61,909 nt of DNA, from the IMG/VR virus record IMGVR_UViG_2061766007_004349; one strand, written 5' to 3'. A program made the translations under genes and the position numbers. The notes below the pieces were generated by a model, which was not told the origin of the DNA, ran no database searches, and saw only the letters and a list, made by a program, of their open reading frames with translations. Positions within the stretch are counted from its first letter, which is position 1, and every line of letters begins with the position of its first letter. This document shows, piece by piece, positions 10,620-22,304 of this stretch. This DNA is from an uncultured virus (IMG/VR IMGVR_UViG_2061766007_004349) (Duplodnaviria > Heunggongvirae > Uroviricota > Caudoviricetes).

Positions 10620-11399
10620 CTCAAAGAACTGGCACGCCTTGATAAAAGAAGCCTTTTCATCTTCATTTCCGAACAGGTGGATGCGGACAAGATCGAAGAG
10701 GTTCAGCAGCCTGCCGCCCGCTGGGTCTGTGGCGTGATGGCTGTAGATGAATTTGTCCTCATAGATGATCACGCCCGCCGAGCCCTCGCCGGGGATGTAA
10801 TCGTACCGGCCTTCCACCATGGAAGGCGCGTATATATGGGAGAGGAACTTCGCGATGCCATCCTGGGGCGAATACGTCCGGCATACCGCGCCGATGATGC
10901 CCTGTTTCACTGTGGGGTTTTCCAGCATTTTGCGTTCCCGGTTCATGTCCGCCTTTTCACCGGGGGCAGTGGGCAGACTTGAGTAATCCCTCCAGTTGGG
11001 ATGCGCGGCAAGATACGCGTCCGGGTCGAGCCAGTCACCGTCATAGCGCCTGTGGATATACTCCCCATCACAGGAGCAGCTGGGCCAGAACATCAGCTGG
11101 TTAATTTTGAAAGAGCAGATATCGATCATCGCCATGCCGATCTCATCAGCCAGGTATCTGACAATGGCGTTGTACTCTTCCGGTGTCACATCCCTGGCAA
11201 GCGGGATCAGCAGCCTGGCCCTAGGCGCTTCGCGCCGGTGCGAGTGCGTGGTATACAGGATGGTAAAATACCTGTGGGACGCTTCGTAATCGTCAAAGAA
11301 GCCGGGCGCCAGTTTGTCGAAGTCCATAGTAACCATGGAGCGGGATACGACTTCGTCCCTCTTGCGCCGGGTGCCCTTGAGCGTTCCGGCTACTGTCAA
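10620..11399 (-). CDS. Primase-like N-terminal region (VapE-associated type), 5' apparently truncated
   Basis: TMDFD, YTTHSH...PRARLLIPL, QLMFWPS and YSHHATDP motifs. Confidence 0.7.
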
Positions 11400-11423
11400 A
11401 TACAGGTAAGGTATTCATCCATG

Positions 11424-13132
11424 TCAGTCCTTTCTGTAGAATTCACATTCATAGCCATCTGAACGAAGCAGCAAGCCTTCCGCCCAGGGCGGCGTCCTGC
11501 CCATTTGTTCACATACAGCATCGAGGGACATACGGGGATCGGCTTCTATGATCAGCTCATCGTGCACATGAGCCACGATGCGGCAGCAGCGGAGCGTTTT
11601 CATGGCGTAGCACAGGATGTCCCGGCTGATGCCCTGGACGATGTTTTCCACAAACTTCGGCCCATAAGACTCGATCCGTTCCCATTTCTTCATGCCGCCC
11701 ACACCCATATAGGTCGCTGCCGGAGAGCCAAATTGGTTCTCTCCGATACGGGGCTTCACATAGGAAAGCTGCCTGCCAGATGGCAAGGTGATGAACAGCA
11801 TCCCGGAACGGACGGAAAAAGTGAGGCCATGAGTCCTGGCAGTGGTTTTCTCCCGTATCGCCGTCATAACCGCGTCGTCCACATNNNNNNNNNNCAGCCA
11901 AGCGATGACGCGGGCTTCGATGGCGGAGAAGTCAGAGACGATCAGCTTCATGCCCGGATCGGGAACAAAGGCGGTACGGATCAGTTCCGAAAGCACATCC
12001 GGCACGGAGCGGTACAGCATATGGACCGCGTCATAGTTGCCTTCACGCACGAGGCCGCGGGCAGCATCGAGATCAGGCATATGATTCTGCGCGAGATTCT
12101 GCATCTGCACAATTTTGCTGGAAAACCGCCCTGTTCTATTGGCCCCGTAGAACTGGAACATTCCGCGTACCATGCCATCCGCGCACACCGCGTTTTTCAT
12201 AGCCAGGTACTTTTTCACGCTGCTTTTGGCCAGCTGCTGGCGCAGCAGAAGCGCATCCCGCAGCAGGGGCGGAGCGTCCTTCAGCAGCTCAACCACCTGT
12301 TTTTTCCCCAGGCTGTCGGTCTCCAAGCCGTTGTTGGCCAGCCATTGCTTCATCTGCTGCACGCTGTTGGGGTTCTCCAGGTGGGTCAGCTTCTGCATAA
12401 TGTCTGTCAGTTCTGCGCGGGAGCGGGCGTCCATGGCGATGGCGTTTTCCACGAGCGCCATATCCACCCTGATTCCCCGGTCATTGATTTCCTGATCGAT
12501 GTGATATTGATCCCATACTTCTTCAGGAACGGGAAAGCCGGACAATTTCCGCTGGATTTCCATTTCCACCTCGACGTCGCGCATGTTATAGGATTTGAAG
12601 GTTTCCCATTTGTCCGGCGCGTCAGAGGGCAGGTTACGTGTGCGGCCGCCGTTGGCCCGGGTNNNNNNNNNNNNNNNNNNNNNNNNNNNNNNNNGGTCAG
12701 TTTCTGTTTTTCAAGGCCCAGCACCGCGCCGGCCTCTGCCAGTGACAGCGGCATGCCCATGTAGGCGGCCCAGATCATGGAGCAGCGCCAGCTTTCCGGA
12801 TTCAGAAAACGGGCGCATTCAGCTGATGGCGAATGGCGGTCATGGAAAGGATCAAGGGAAATGCCCTGATCTGAAAGGAACCGGGACAGACAGACCCTCT
12901 CGAAATTCGCGTTATAGCTCCACTTGACCACAGTTTCATCCGTCAGCGCATCCAGAATTACCTGGGGAATCGTCTCGCCGGACGCGAGATCAACGACCTG
13001 TACAGGCCCGCCGTCCACGCTGTAGCCAAAGAGCAGAATTTGGAAATCCGGAGATTCACAGTACCGATAAACGCCTGCTTTGTTCAGATCTGCACTGGAA
13101 AAGGTTTCCAAATCGATTGAGACTGTTTTCAC
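11424..13132 (-). CDS. Phage family A DNA polymerase (gapped)
   Basis: Exo SIDLETFS/YNANFER; GANRTGR, QNL, SDFSAIEAR and HVHDE motifs. Confidence 0.9.
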
Positions 13133-13212
13133 TTCATCACCCCCTGGGAGGAGGGGACAGCGGCTTGCGCCGNNNNNNNNNNNNNNNNNNNNNNNNNNNN
13201 NNNNNNNNNNNN

Positions 13213-13777
13213 GGAAATCCTCGTCACCGTCATCCGCAAAATCAGACTCGGCGCTGGCACGGCTGCCCAGCGGCTCACCATCACGGATCTTCTGCAGGTT
13301 ATTGAGCCCGCAGGCGATGCCGCGATTGCCCGAAGAATTGAACGCGTAGAAAGTGATGCTGGCCCTGCCATACACTCCGGAATACACCTCGGAGCGGGTC
13401 AGGATCGGATTGCGATCCGCGTCCACGATGCCCGGAGCGGAGCTGGCGTTGGCGTTGACGAAATAGCAGCCCGCATACGCCGGATCGTCCGGGCGCTCGG
13501 TGTCGCCGTCGCGGAGAGGCGTCTTGATGGCGCTGAGCGCGGGAACGGACTTGCCGTTGCCCTTCAGTTTGGCCTCGCCCTCGTTATAGGCGGCTTCGAT
13601 GGCGGCCTTGATCTTGGCAAGGGTCTTGGTGTCGGACTTGGGAATGATCAGGCTGACGCTGTACTTGGGCGCGCCTCCATTGATCGACTTGGGCTCCCAG
13701 ACGTTGGCGTAGCTCCAACGGGTATCCGGGCCGGTGATTACTTTCATGGGATTGGCGGGCTTCATAGTCTTATTCAT
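13213..13777 (-). CDS. DUF2815 ssDNA-binding protein
   Basis: RWSYANVWEP, KYSVSLII, PLRDGD, YSGVY and GLNNLQK motifs; acidic tail. Confidence 0.9.
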
Positions 13778-15049
13778 TGTCAGAATCCTCCATAAAATCA
13801 TTTTTTGCTGTGTTCATGGCCGGGCGGCCATCTATGTCCGGCACGAGCGTGGGTTTGCCCTGCGGCTTCTCGATGTAAGCCGTGAGCAGTTCATCGAAGC
13901 GGGCCTTGCCGAGCATCTTCTGCATGGACGTGATGCCAAGGATTTTCCGCTCATACGGGTCAAAGCCAGCCTTGGCCACGGCTTCCGCGGCAGCGGTCTC
14001 GTTGGTGTACCTGCGGTTGGACCGGCCCTCGACCAGTTTCCAGCCGTGCCATTCTTTCCCGCTGATCGCCTGTTGACGGGCGTACTCCTTAATATCGGAA
14101 GCCCAAGAGACCAGATCGTCTACACGGGAGAGAATGTCTTCAACATCCTCGTCCGTCAGGAGCGGCGGCAGCTTGAAATCATACCGGGCCAGCGCCAGGT
14201 TGGCTTCTGCCCGTGCCCGGCACTCGTTCTTCGCCTTGCAGAATCCGCACCATTCGCCGCACAGGAAGNNNNNNNNNNGAGGATTTTCCGCTCATACGGG
14301 TCAAAGCCAGCCTTGGCCACGGCTTCCGCNNNNNNNNNNCTTCCGTCACCAGCGAAGGCCAGATCTGCCGTGGGCTTCAGGACCTCGTCGGCCCACTGGT
14401 ACAGGTCATCCTTGGAGTGGGTGAAGGTGCTGATGTTTTGCCTGCGGGGCTGGTAGATCGTCATGGCTACCGTGTCGATGTCGTAGATCCCGTCGAACAG
14501 TTCCAGAGCGCCGAGCGCGTAGCATTTCATCTGCGGGTTGTCCTCCGCCGATACCAGGACGCCGAGGCCGTGCTTGTAGTCGATGACGTGCATGGTGCCG
14601 TCTGCGATCAGGATCGCGTCGGATGTTCCGAAGCCCTGTTCCACCCAGCGNNNNNNNNNNATGGTTCCGTCAGCGATCAGGATTGCGTCGGATGTTCCGA
14701 AGCCCTGTTCAACCCAGCGGGAGAAATCCACCCGCTGCTCGATCAGGACGACCGGATCCGCGCAGGTTTCCTTGGCAGCCTCTACCAGTTCGAGGATGAA
14801 GGCAGCATACCCAGAGGCGCAGTCATCCATTTCCTGATTGAACCAGCTGAGGTTCTCGGTGGGATTCTCGGCTTCCATGCCAAGCGCCTTCCGAAGCTTG
14901 TACTCACACAGTGCGTGGGCGTCAGTGCCTTCGGCGGCGTAGTCGCTGCCCTTGTCCGCGTAGGACTCACACAGCCGTGCCGATGGCGGGCAGTGGAGCC
15001 AGCGGTCTGAGGATGAAGCGGAAAGAAGCGCATGTCCATTAGGTGGCAT
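13770..15049 (-). CDS. DUF2800 Cas4-like exonuclease (gapped, allelic duplicates)
   Basis: HALLSASSS.RW..CPPS, EGT.AH, FGTSD, IDYKHG, QPR and W.CGFC motifs. Confidence 0.9.
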
Positions 15050-15346
15050 TGCCCAGCACCTCCGCATCCCTCAGAAGGGCTTCATAGTTCTTGGGATCGA
15101 CCTGCGAAAGCTTGGCCGCGCCATGCTTCTCCAGCAGTACACGCACGGCGGCGGTGTGCCCGGCGCGGGACTTGTCCGCCAGCACGGCACGCACTTGTTC
15201 CAGCGTGACAGCCGGTTTCGCATCGGCGGGCGNNNNNNNNNNNNNNNNNNNNNNNNNNNNNCAAGCCAGTTGGCTGCATCAGTAATCGCGGTAGCAGCAG
15301 TGCGGAGCTCTTCGATGGTTTGAGCCATTTCGCCTATTTTGCTCAT
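15039..15346 (-). CDS. Conserved phage hypothetical upstream of DUF2800
   Basis: MSKIGEM...; TLEQVRAVLADKSRAGHT...LLEKHGA.KLS. Confidence 0.7.
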
Positions 15347-15491
15347 GGTGTTTGCCTCCTTCTTGTGTTTGGCGTTGGTTGGCAAGAGCAGCAAGCTTTC
15401 GCGCCAGGCGGGCGGATACCAGACTGATTGCGCCAAGCACCTGAATCTCTTCGGCTACAACGCTACTGTCTCTACGGTTGCAGTGTTCCAT
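15279..15491 (-). CDS. Small phage hypothetical, first gene of replication operon
   Basis: GGAGGTG RBS; VLGAISLVSARLARKL. Confidence 0.6.
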   Translation of the reverse strand: MEHCNRRDSSVVAEEIQVLGAISLVSARLARKLAALANQRQTQEGGKHHEQNRRNGSNHRRAPHCCYRDY

Positions 15492-16054
15492 GTTGTTTCA
15501 CCTCCGTTTCTGCAAGGCCGGTGTCGTTGCCTTACACTTTCCACTGGNNNNNNNNNNATTCCTATGGCATTTCCGGGGCTGTATATCCCTGCCCCCACTC
15601 CCGAAATCGGTCATGTTTTTGCTCGTTTCCACTCACAAAAACCTGCCCGTTTTCCTGCCGAGCAAAAGGAGCGTTCCCTCACCGAAACGCTCCTTTTCCC
15701 CGTCAGCCGTGGGTGCAGGTATAACACACTATNNNNNNNNNNNNNNNNNNNNNNNNNNNNNNNNNNNNNNNNNNNNNNNNNNNNNNNNNNNNNNNNNNNN
15801 NNNNNNNNNNNNNNNNNNNNNNNNNNNNNNNNNNNGCCAAAGGAGGAGTCACCCTCCTTTGGAATCCACCCCAAAAGCAAAACAGAATGTGCCTGAAAGA
15901 AAATCACATTCCATTTTGCCATTTGGTACGAAGCAATCCTTTCCGAATTGTATTCAGATTGTCAGTTGTCTTAGAAGACCAAATGTGCTATAATTTTATA
16001 TCGGAAGATATGATCATGATGTGGTAAAAGTAAGGGATACAAGGAGGTGCAAAT

Positions 16055-16759
16055 ATGCGTATCTATAAAGAATTATGGTTTGTCGGCGACAGATCTTCTT
16101 TGGATGAGTTTATAAGGACAGCTCCCTCATTTGCTTATGGTGACTGGAAGTATGTTTATCCAGAACGGATGAAGGATTTTATCATTTTTGCTTATGTAGG
16201 TAATAAAGTAGAACAATCGGAAGTCTCAATTTATTGTGGAGAAGAGTCGTTGGAGCAAGGGCAGCTCAAGGTCGGTAATATTGTGCCCCTCAATAAGAAG
16301 CAATTAACTATTGATGAGTATAACGCAGTATTGGATCTCTTTTACGAAGAAATAATAGCGCCTAATCAACTTCAATTAAAGAACCAAGGATTGACAATTA
16401 ACGGTCCCGAATCTGATGCGTTTGATCCTCTTAAATATATCTCAGGAGAAGCTTTGAAAAAACTGGAGAGGTTTTGTTCCGCTGCAAATAAAACAACAGG
16501 ATCCTCACATCCTAACGACGAAGAAAGATGGTTTGATTTTATTTGCCAAACAGTTGATGATGACCGTTTCTTCGATTATGATACAATTTTTCGCTTTCTG
16601 ATGGATGAAGAATACTGGGGAAAAAAAGAACCCAGTTCGATCAGTGCTATCGGGCATTTTGCCTGGGATGAAGAACATGCCGCAGAACTTGCATCCGAAT
16701 ATGATAACTACGTTAGGATTCTTCAATTCTATAAAAGTACGAGGGGAAAAAGATCATGA
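16055..16759 (+). CDS. Hypothetical protein (AT-rich cargo)
   Basis: AGGAGG RBS; TATAAT near 15989; ANKTTGSSHPNDEERW motif. Confidence 0.8.
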   Translation: MRIYKELWFVGDRSSLDEFIRTAPSFAYGDWKYVYPERMKDFIIFAYVGNKVEQSEVSIYCGEESLEQGQLKVGNIVPLNKKQLTIDEYNAVLDLFYEEIIAPNQLQLKNQGLTINGPESDAFDPLKYISGEALKKLERFCSAANKTTGSSHPNDEERWFDFICQTVDDDRFFDYDTIFRFLMDEEYWGKKEPSSISAIGHFAWDEEHAAELASEYDNYVRILQFYKSTRGKRS

Positions 16760-18562
16760 CTGGATGGGATACTGCATTGATAATTGTTAATATTTTGATT
16801 ACGGGTATTTCTTGCGTTGGTGCATATAAATCGCGTCGATATTATCGAAAGAGTAGGAATATAACAATATTAACACAAGTAAAACAGGCTTTGAACGAAA
16901 TAAGTGAAATGCTTCAGAGATTGCCTGATGTATTATTGACCACAAACAGCAATAGAAAAGGGTTCAATCCCACGAATGCTGTTAGAGAAATCGGCAAAGA
17001 GCTTTCTGATCATCTGAACAAAGCAATGGATGTTGTAAGTGCTGATTACTCAAATGAATTTAGGAAACTGCAAAAGAATTATAGCTTCGATTTACCTAAG
17101 TATATTAATTCGATGATGGATGGAACCGTGCTTAAGCAAGATAATGATAGATTATTGATATACCAATAAATACTTGAACCATGTTTCAATCTGTGATATA
17201 NNNNNNNNNNNNNNNNNNNNNNNNNNNNNNNNNNNNNNNNNNNNNNNNNNNNNNNNNNNNNNNNNNNNNNNNNNNNNNNNNNNNNNNNNNNNNNNNNNNN
17301 NNNNNNNNNNNNNNNNNNNNNNNNNNNNNNNNNNNNNNNNNNNNNNNNNNNNNNNNNNNNNNNNNNNNNNNNNNNNNNNNNNNNNNNNNNNNNNNNNNNN
17401 NNNNNNNNNNNNNNNNNNNNNNNNNNNNNNNNNNNNNNNNNNNNNNNNNNNNNNNNNNNNNNNNNNNNNNNNNNNNNNNNNNNNNNNNNNNNNNNNNNNN
17501 NNNNNNNNNNNNNNNNNNNNNNNNNNNNNNNNNNNNNNNNNNNNNNNNNNNNNNNNNNNNNNNNNNNNNNNNNNNNNNNNNNNNNNNNNNNNNNNNNNNN
17601 NNNNNNNNNNNNNNNNNNNNNNNNNNNNNNNNNNNNNNNNNNNNNNNNNNNNNNNNNNNNNNNNNNNNNNNNNNNNNNNNNNNNNNNNNNNNNNNNNNNN
17701 NNNNNNNNNNNNNNNNNNNNNNNNNNNNNNNNNNNNNNNNNNNNNNNNNNNNNNNNNNNNNNNNNNNNNNNNNNNNNNNNNNNNNNNNNNNNNNNNNNNN
17801 NNNNNNNNNNNNNNNNNNNNNNNNNNNNNNNNNNNNNNNNNNNNNNNNNNNNNNNNNNNNNNNNNNNNNNNNNNNNNNNNNNNNNNNNNNNNNNNNNNNN
17901 NNNNNNNNNNNNNNNNNNNNNNNNNNAATCACACAGCGAGCCGAGGAAGAGGACGCTGAGATCTTTTTCGGAGACGAAACCAACATCCAGAACACGGCAA
18001 ATTACGCGCGGGGCTATGCGCCCAAAGGTCAGACGCCTGTGGTCAGGGTCGAAGCTCAGAAACTGAAAATCGAGATGCTGTCAGCCATTTCCAAACGGGG
18101 AAAACTGCGTTTTATGCTGTACAAAGACAGCATGAATACCGATAAGCTGATTGATTTCATGAGCCGGCTGATCACAGACTGCGAGAAGAAAGTCTTTCTG
18201 GTGCTGGACAATCTTCGTGTTCATCATGCCAAGNNNNNNNNNNNNNNNNNNNNNNNNNNNNNNNNNNNNNNNNNNNNNNNNTGATATCAAGCGAAACGCC
18301 GGTGCCAAGCAGTCTCCAAGAACTCAGGCTGAGCTTGAAGCAAATGTGCAGAACCGGCTGAACTTTCTATTGGACACCCCCTCTGTCATCGCTTCTTTTT
18401 TCCATGCTTCTCTCACTCAGTACGCTGCTTGAAATTCACGAATTAATTGGGGGAGCAATAATTCTTGATCGAACAGACTTTGATCAATGCCAAGAACAAC
18501 TTAATGTAATGCGATTGTTTTTGAAGAAAAAGGTATCCGAGGCTGAAGAAAAACTAAAGTGA
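16756..18562 (+). pseudogene. N-terminal TM protein interrupted by IS630
   Basis: Removing the IS and one TA rejoins AGA TTA|ATT CTT GAT in frame to TGA at 18560-18562. Confidence 0.8.
17155..18458 (+). mobile_element. IS630-family insertion sequence
   Basis: TA duplication (17153-54, 18459-60); imperfect terminal IRs; transposase FFGDET...VLDNLRVHHAK at 17928-18432. Confidence 0.85.
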
Positions 18563-18708
18563 TTTGTTCTTATGGTTTATATATATTTGTCTGGTAGTTG
18601 TATACGGATCAAGAATAAGTTTACTGATATCTAAAGCCCAGATAGATTCAGGTAGACAAAAGAGAGTTTTGCGTGAATAACGAACTATTCATCCGGTTGC
18701 TTCAGTAG

Positions 18709-19620
18709 ATGGGAGTTGAAGAAATGACACAAAAAAAGAAGGATGAGAGGATTTCAATTTTCACTATCGAACGAAGGATAGATTTCCCGAAGTCCTTTGC
18801 TAAGTTTTTTGAAGACCTTCAATCGACGGTTACCACATCGTCTGGCGATACCTATAAGATGTTCATTTTTCTTAATCGCTGTGTTCGGTACTGGCCTCAT
18901 CGCTGCGGTGCAACAGGAATTGATGATTATCTGAAAGCTATTGGGGTTGATATCACAAGCCCCAAAGACGATAAGGATCTGTTTCTTGCTTTTGAATTGC
19001 TAATAAACCTTCTTCATTGGGCACCAACACAAGATTACAATGACGATCAGAATACTGAGTTTGGAATAGCACTTAAAAAGAATGATGTTGAATTGGAATC
19101 TGATCGTCTGATCAGGAATGCGGAATACATATTGGAGCAATGTTGCAATATGACCATTAGAAAGGTAGAAGACGAAGCCTTTCCAAAGTATTACATAACA
19201 AAGCGAGATTCTTATGTGGATGCTGCAGTAGCGGCAGTTCCAGAATTAGGTGATATTCTGTTGGGGTATTTAGACATTCGAAACGCTGATAGTGTCGAAT
19301 ACAAAAAGTCCGCACTCACAACAATTTATGGACACATGGAACCACACAGAAAAGAATATAAGTCGTCGATATGTAGTTCTATTAGTGAGGAATTCTTTTC
19401 AGCTATGAATACCTTTGGAATCAGGCACAATGCTAAGTCCCAAATTAGGATACATCCAAAGAAAATGCTGTCCGTCTGTGATAAATTGTTCATGATGGCA
19501 GTTTTTGTTCTTCAAACTGATAAAGTAATCAGGTACAAAACGGATCTAAAGGAATTACGAGAGGGGAATACAAAAGCAACGCACAGTACAGCCATTTCCA
19601 CAAAAGCTGAATTGCTATAA
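18709..19620 (+). CDS. Hypothetical protein, possibly AbiJ/HEPN-like
   Basis: 303-aa AT-rich ORF; C-terminal NTFGIRHN. Confidence 0.65.
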   Translation: MGVEEMTQKKKDERISIFTIERRIDFPKSFAKFFEDLQSTVTTSSGDTYKMFIFLNRCVRYWPHRCGATGIDDYLKAIGVDITSPKDDKDLFLAFELLINLLHWAPTQDYNDDQNTEFGIALKKNDVELESDRLIRNAEYILEQCCNMTIRKVEDEAFPKYYITKRDSYVDAAVAAVPELGDILLGYLDIRNADSVEYKKSALTTIYGHMEPHRKEYKSSICSSISEEFFSAMNTFGIRHNAKSQIRIHPKKMLSVCDKLFMMAVFVLQTDKVIRYKTDLKELREGNTKATHSTAISTKAELL

Positions 19621-20046
19621 AAGTAGAGTGTACGTCGATGGGATTAGAAATATTTCTTTTTCATAGAGGCTTTTGAAAGAATACCTTATTGGGGACAATG
19701 CTCAAATGACTACCCGCCTTGCACTTTGGAAACTCGATCAAATGCTTCTTTTCAACTAGGTGCTGTTCACACTAATGCATCAATAATCATGGCAAACAAG
19801 ATNNNNNNNNNNNNNNNNNNNNNNNNNNNNNNNNNNNNNNNNNNNNNNNNNNNNNNNNNNNNNNNNNNNNNNNNNNNNNNNNNNNNNNNNNNNNNNNNNN
19901 NNNNNNNNNNNNNNNNNNNNNNNNNNNNNNNNNNNNNNNNNNNNNNNNNNNNNNNNNNNNNNNNNNNNNNNNNNNNNNNNNNNNNNNNNNNNNNNNNNNN
20001 NNNNNNNNNNNNNNNNNNNNNNNNNNNNNNNNNNNNNNNNNNNNNN

Positions 20047-20299
20047 CCTGGATGAACTCAGTTACATGAGTTTCAACAAGTATGAATCCGAATTGCTGTT
20101 CAAGGTCATCTCTGACCGCAGTGAACGTTCCAGCACCATTGTCACCACCAACCTGCCGTTCTCCCGCTGGACAGAATTGTTTGAGAACGGCACGATGGTT
20201 TCTGCCCTGGTTGACCGGCTGACCTTTCGTTCCCATGTTCTGGACATGAGCGGCCCTTCTTACCGTCTCCTTACTGCTCAGGCAGACACCGGCCATTAG
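20047..20299 (+). mobile_element. istB: IS21 IstB ATPase C-terminal fragment
   Basis: LDELSY, TTNLPFSRW, ALVDRL and GPSYR motifs. Confidence 0.8.
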
Positions 20300-20363
20300 C
20301 NNNNNNNNNNGCTAAACCTCTTTTGCATAAATGAACTTTTACTGTCTTCTTAACAGTTTCATT

Positions 20364-20634
20364 TTACACGATTAAGTCGTCCTTGTACACTAACAGACAG
20401 TTAGTACTTTGGATCAGAAACAAACTGGCAGTAAGGGAAAACCCATATCCGATGAAAAAGGAACACCCCTGCAAGAATCTGGGAAGCTTCCTGCAGGGGC
20501 ATCGTCTTACATCATGGATAGGTTTCCGGCAATGCCCTCCACTTGCAGCCGTTTTCCGTGACATACAGGATCGCGTTGATCAGTTGGAGATTCGTCATGC
20601 TGACGTTGCCTCGTTGGGTTGGAAGATACTTCGC
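20364..20634 (-). pseudogene. IS5-family (DUF4096) transposase remnant
   Basis: RGNVSMTNLQLINAILYVTENGCKWRALPETY, then early stop. Confidence 0.7.
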
Positions 20635-21081
20635 NNNNNNNNNNGCTCTGCCCCAGACCCCGGAGTTTAACGCTTTTGTTTCCAGGAGAGCGGCGTCCTG
20701 TGCAAAGAGAAAAGCGACACCACCGTGCCGCTCTCCCGCAAACCTCGTACACCGCTCTGGTTGCTCTCCAGCATTGCCATATCCTGTGTACGAGTAAAGC
20801 ACTATTATTATACCTGGCGGAAGGAGGCTGAGTCAAGGCGGGGAGTGGCCCAAGTTTCATTCACATATGGCTCAAGTATTCGCTGTCATTTTTGCTCCGA
20901 ANNNNNNNNNNTTATAGATACGCTGCTGCGAATTCATGCCCCATCTGGTGGCCATCATAATGCAATGGATATCTGCTGTTGCAGAAAATGTTGCAAAACC
21001 CGCTGATTTCTCATGAAGTGCGTTTGAAAACCAAAAACAAAAAACCTGCAAACCCTGAATTCACAAGGCTTGCAGGCTTCA

Positions 21082-21130
21082 TGGGATTAGTAGGGCTCGA
21101 ACCTATGACCTCCACGATGTCAACGTGGCG
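21082..21130 (-). tRNA. tRNA-Val(GAC), 3' part only (5' in gap, or att remnant)
   Basis: CCACG-TTGACAT-CGTGG anticodon arm and GGTTCGAG T-loop. Confidence 0.8.
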
Positions 21131-21216
21131 NNNNNNNNNNAAGAAACCGTCCCTCCCTCCTCGTCGCAATATGGATTCACTCGCGGCGCTGAATACTACG
21201 TTAGGAGGGAAAAGAA

Positions 21217-21405
21217 ATGCTGACAGAAACAACCGTCACCAAGCTTCGGGAAATGCGCCTGAGCGNNNNNNNNNNAGATGTCCGCGTTACCCGTTCCACG
21301 ATTGAGGTGTTTTACAACGGCAATCGCGTCTGTTCTCACCGCAGGCTGTATGGAAGATTCAATCAGTACAGCACGCTACAGGAGCACATGCCGCCCGAAC
21401 ACCAG
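21217..21405 (+). mobile_element. IS21 fragments (istB start; istA C-terminal piece)
   Basis: MLTETTVTKLREMRLS; TIEVFYNGNRVCSHRR...EHMPPEHQ. Confidence 0.7.
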
Positions 21406-21449
21406 NNNNNNNNNNGTGACAGCCATGAACGCAAAAATGGGAGGAAAAT

Positions 21450-21905
21450 ATGTACGAGTACAAGCACAATTATCATTGGTTCCTGGCGCTCTTGTTGGCG
21501 CTGTTCATCGCCCTGTGCGGGATGATGCTGATTACTGAAGCAAAGGCAGAAGGACTGCCGGTGGAGCCGGTCCCCAGCATTACCGTGGACGCGCTATACC
21601 GGGTCGTATCCGGCGCGATGGCGAAATCGGACGTGCCTTTTGACCTGCAGATCGTCGAATGCATACGGTTGGATATCGACACGGACAGCCTGCCTGAGCA
21701 AGTGGCGCTGATCGACGCGGAGATCATTTTCCCGGCGATCCCGAAGAAGCTGAAATCCGTCCTGCTGTATGACGGTAAGCATGTGCTTGCTGCCCAGTGG
21801 CATTGGACGGATGAGAACGCAATCTACATTGCTTTTGAGAGGAACGATATCGAAAAGATGGATCAGGCGCAGCCTTTCTATCTCTTTCTGATTGCTTTGC
21901 AGTAA
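21450..21905 (+). CDS. Hypothetical exported/membrane protein
   Basis: GGAGG RBS; hydrophobic signal peptide with AKA cleavage-like site. Confidence 0.65.
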   Translation: MYEYKHNYHWFLALLLALFIALCGMMLITEAKAEGLPVEPVPSITVDALYRVVSGAMAKSDVPFDLQIVECIRLDIDTDSLPEQVALIDAEIIFPAIPKKLKSVLLYDGKHVLAAQWHWTDENAIYIAFERNDIEKMDQAQPFYLFLIALQ

Positions 21906-21926
21906 GCCTGATGCAGGTGGTGGAGC

Positions 21927-22294
21927 ATGAAGGATTATTTTATCTGGAATGGGACGGACTGCCGCCAATACGGGATTCATGTATCGGAGCAGCCACCCAT
22001 CACAATTCCCGCGGAGCGTTCCACGCAGACCAATGTTCCGGGGCGGCCCGGCAGCCTGACCATATTGGAAGGGGAAGATGTGTATGACGATCTGCTTCTG
22101 ACCGCCACCTGCTTTATCTCTGGCCCTGCGCAGATCCCGGCTATTGCGGCCTGGCTGAAAGGCAGCGGCACAGTGGCCTTCGCCAACCGGACAGGCGGAT
22201 ACTACAAGGCGCGGATTGCCAATCAGATCCCTTTTGAAAAGATACTGAGAGGCAATCCGCACTGTTCCTTTGCCGTCAACTTCCGCTGTTTTCC
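21927..22294 (+). CDS. Siphophage distal tail (Dit)-like protein, N-terminal part
   Basis: YFIWNG...P.ER...VPGRPGSL...Y pattern. Confidence 0.7.
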
Positions 22295-22304
22295 NNNNNN
22301 NNNN

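Noticed and set aside
3322..13132. Element-wide TGA reassignment
   Set aside because: metK, VRR-NUC and polA end normally at TGA; only one internal TGA was found.
12407..13801. DUF2815-polymerase fusion (likewise Dit-IstB 21927-22814, polA-DUF3987, 56643-58061)
   Set aside because: ORF caller read through N gaps; separate RBS/starts or unrelated contigs.
5462..15049. Real internal duplications in SNF2, polA and DUF2800
   Set aside because: Overlapping allelic contigs joined by 10-N spacers.
17174..17959. ORFs made mostly of X (also ~1.2-1.5 kb, 19.8-20 kb, 24.8-25.4 kb)
   Set aside because: Gap artefacts.
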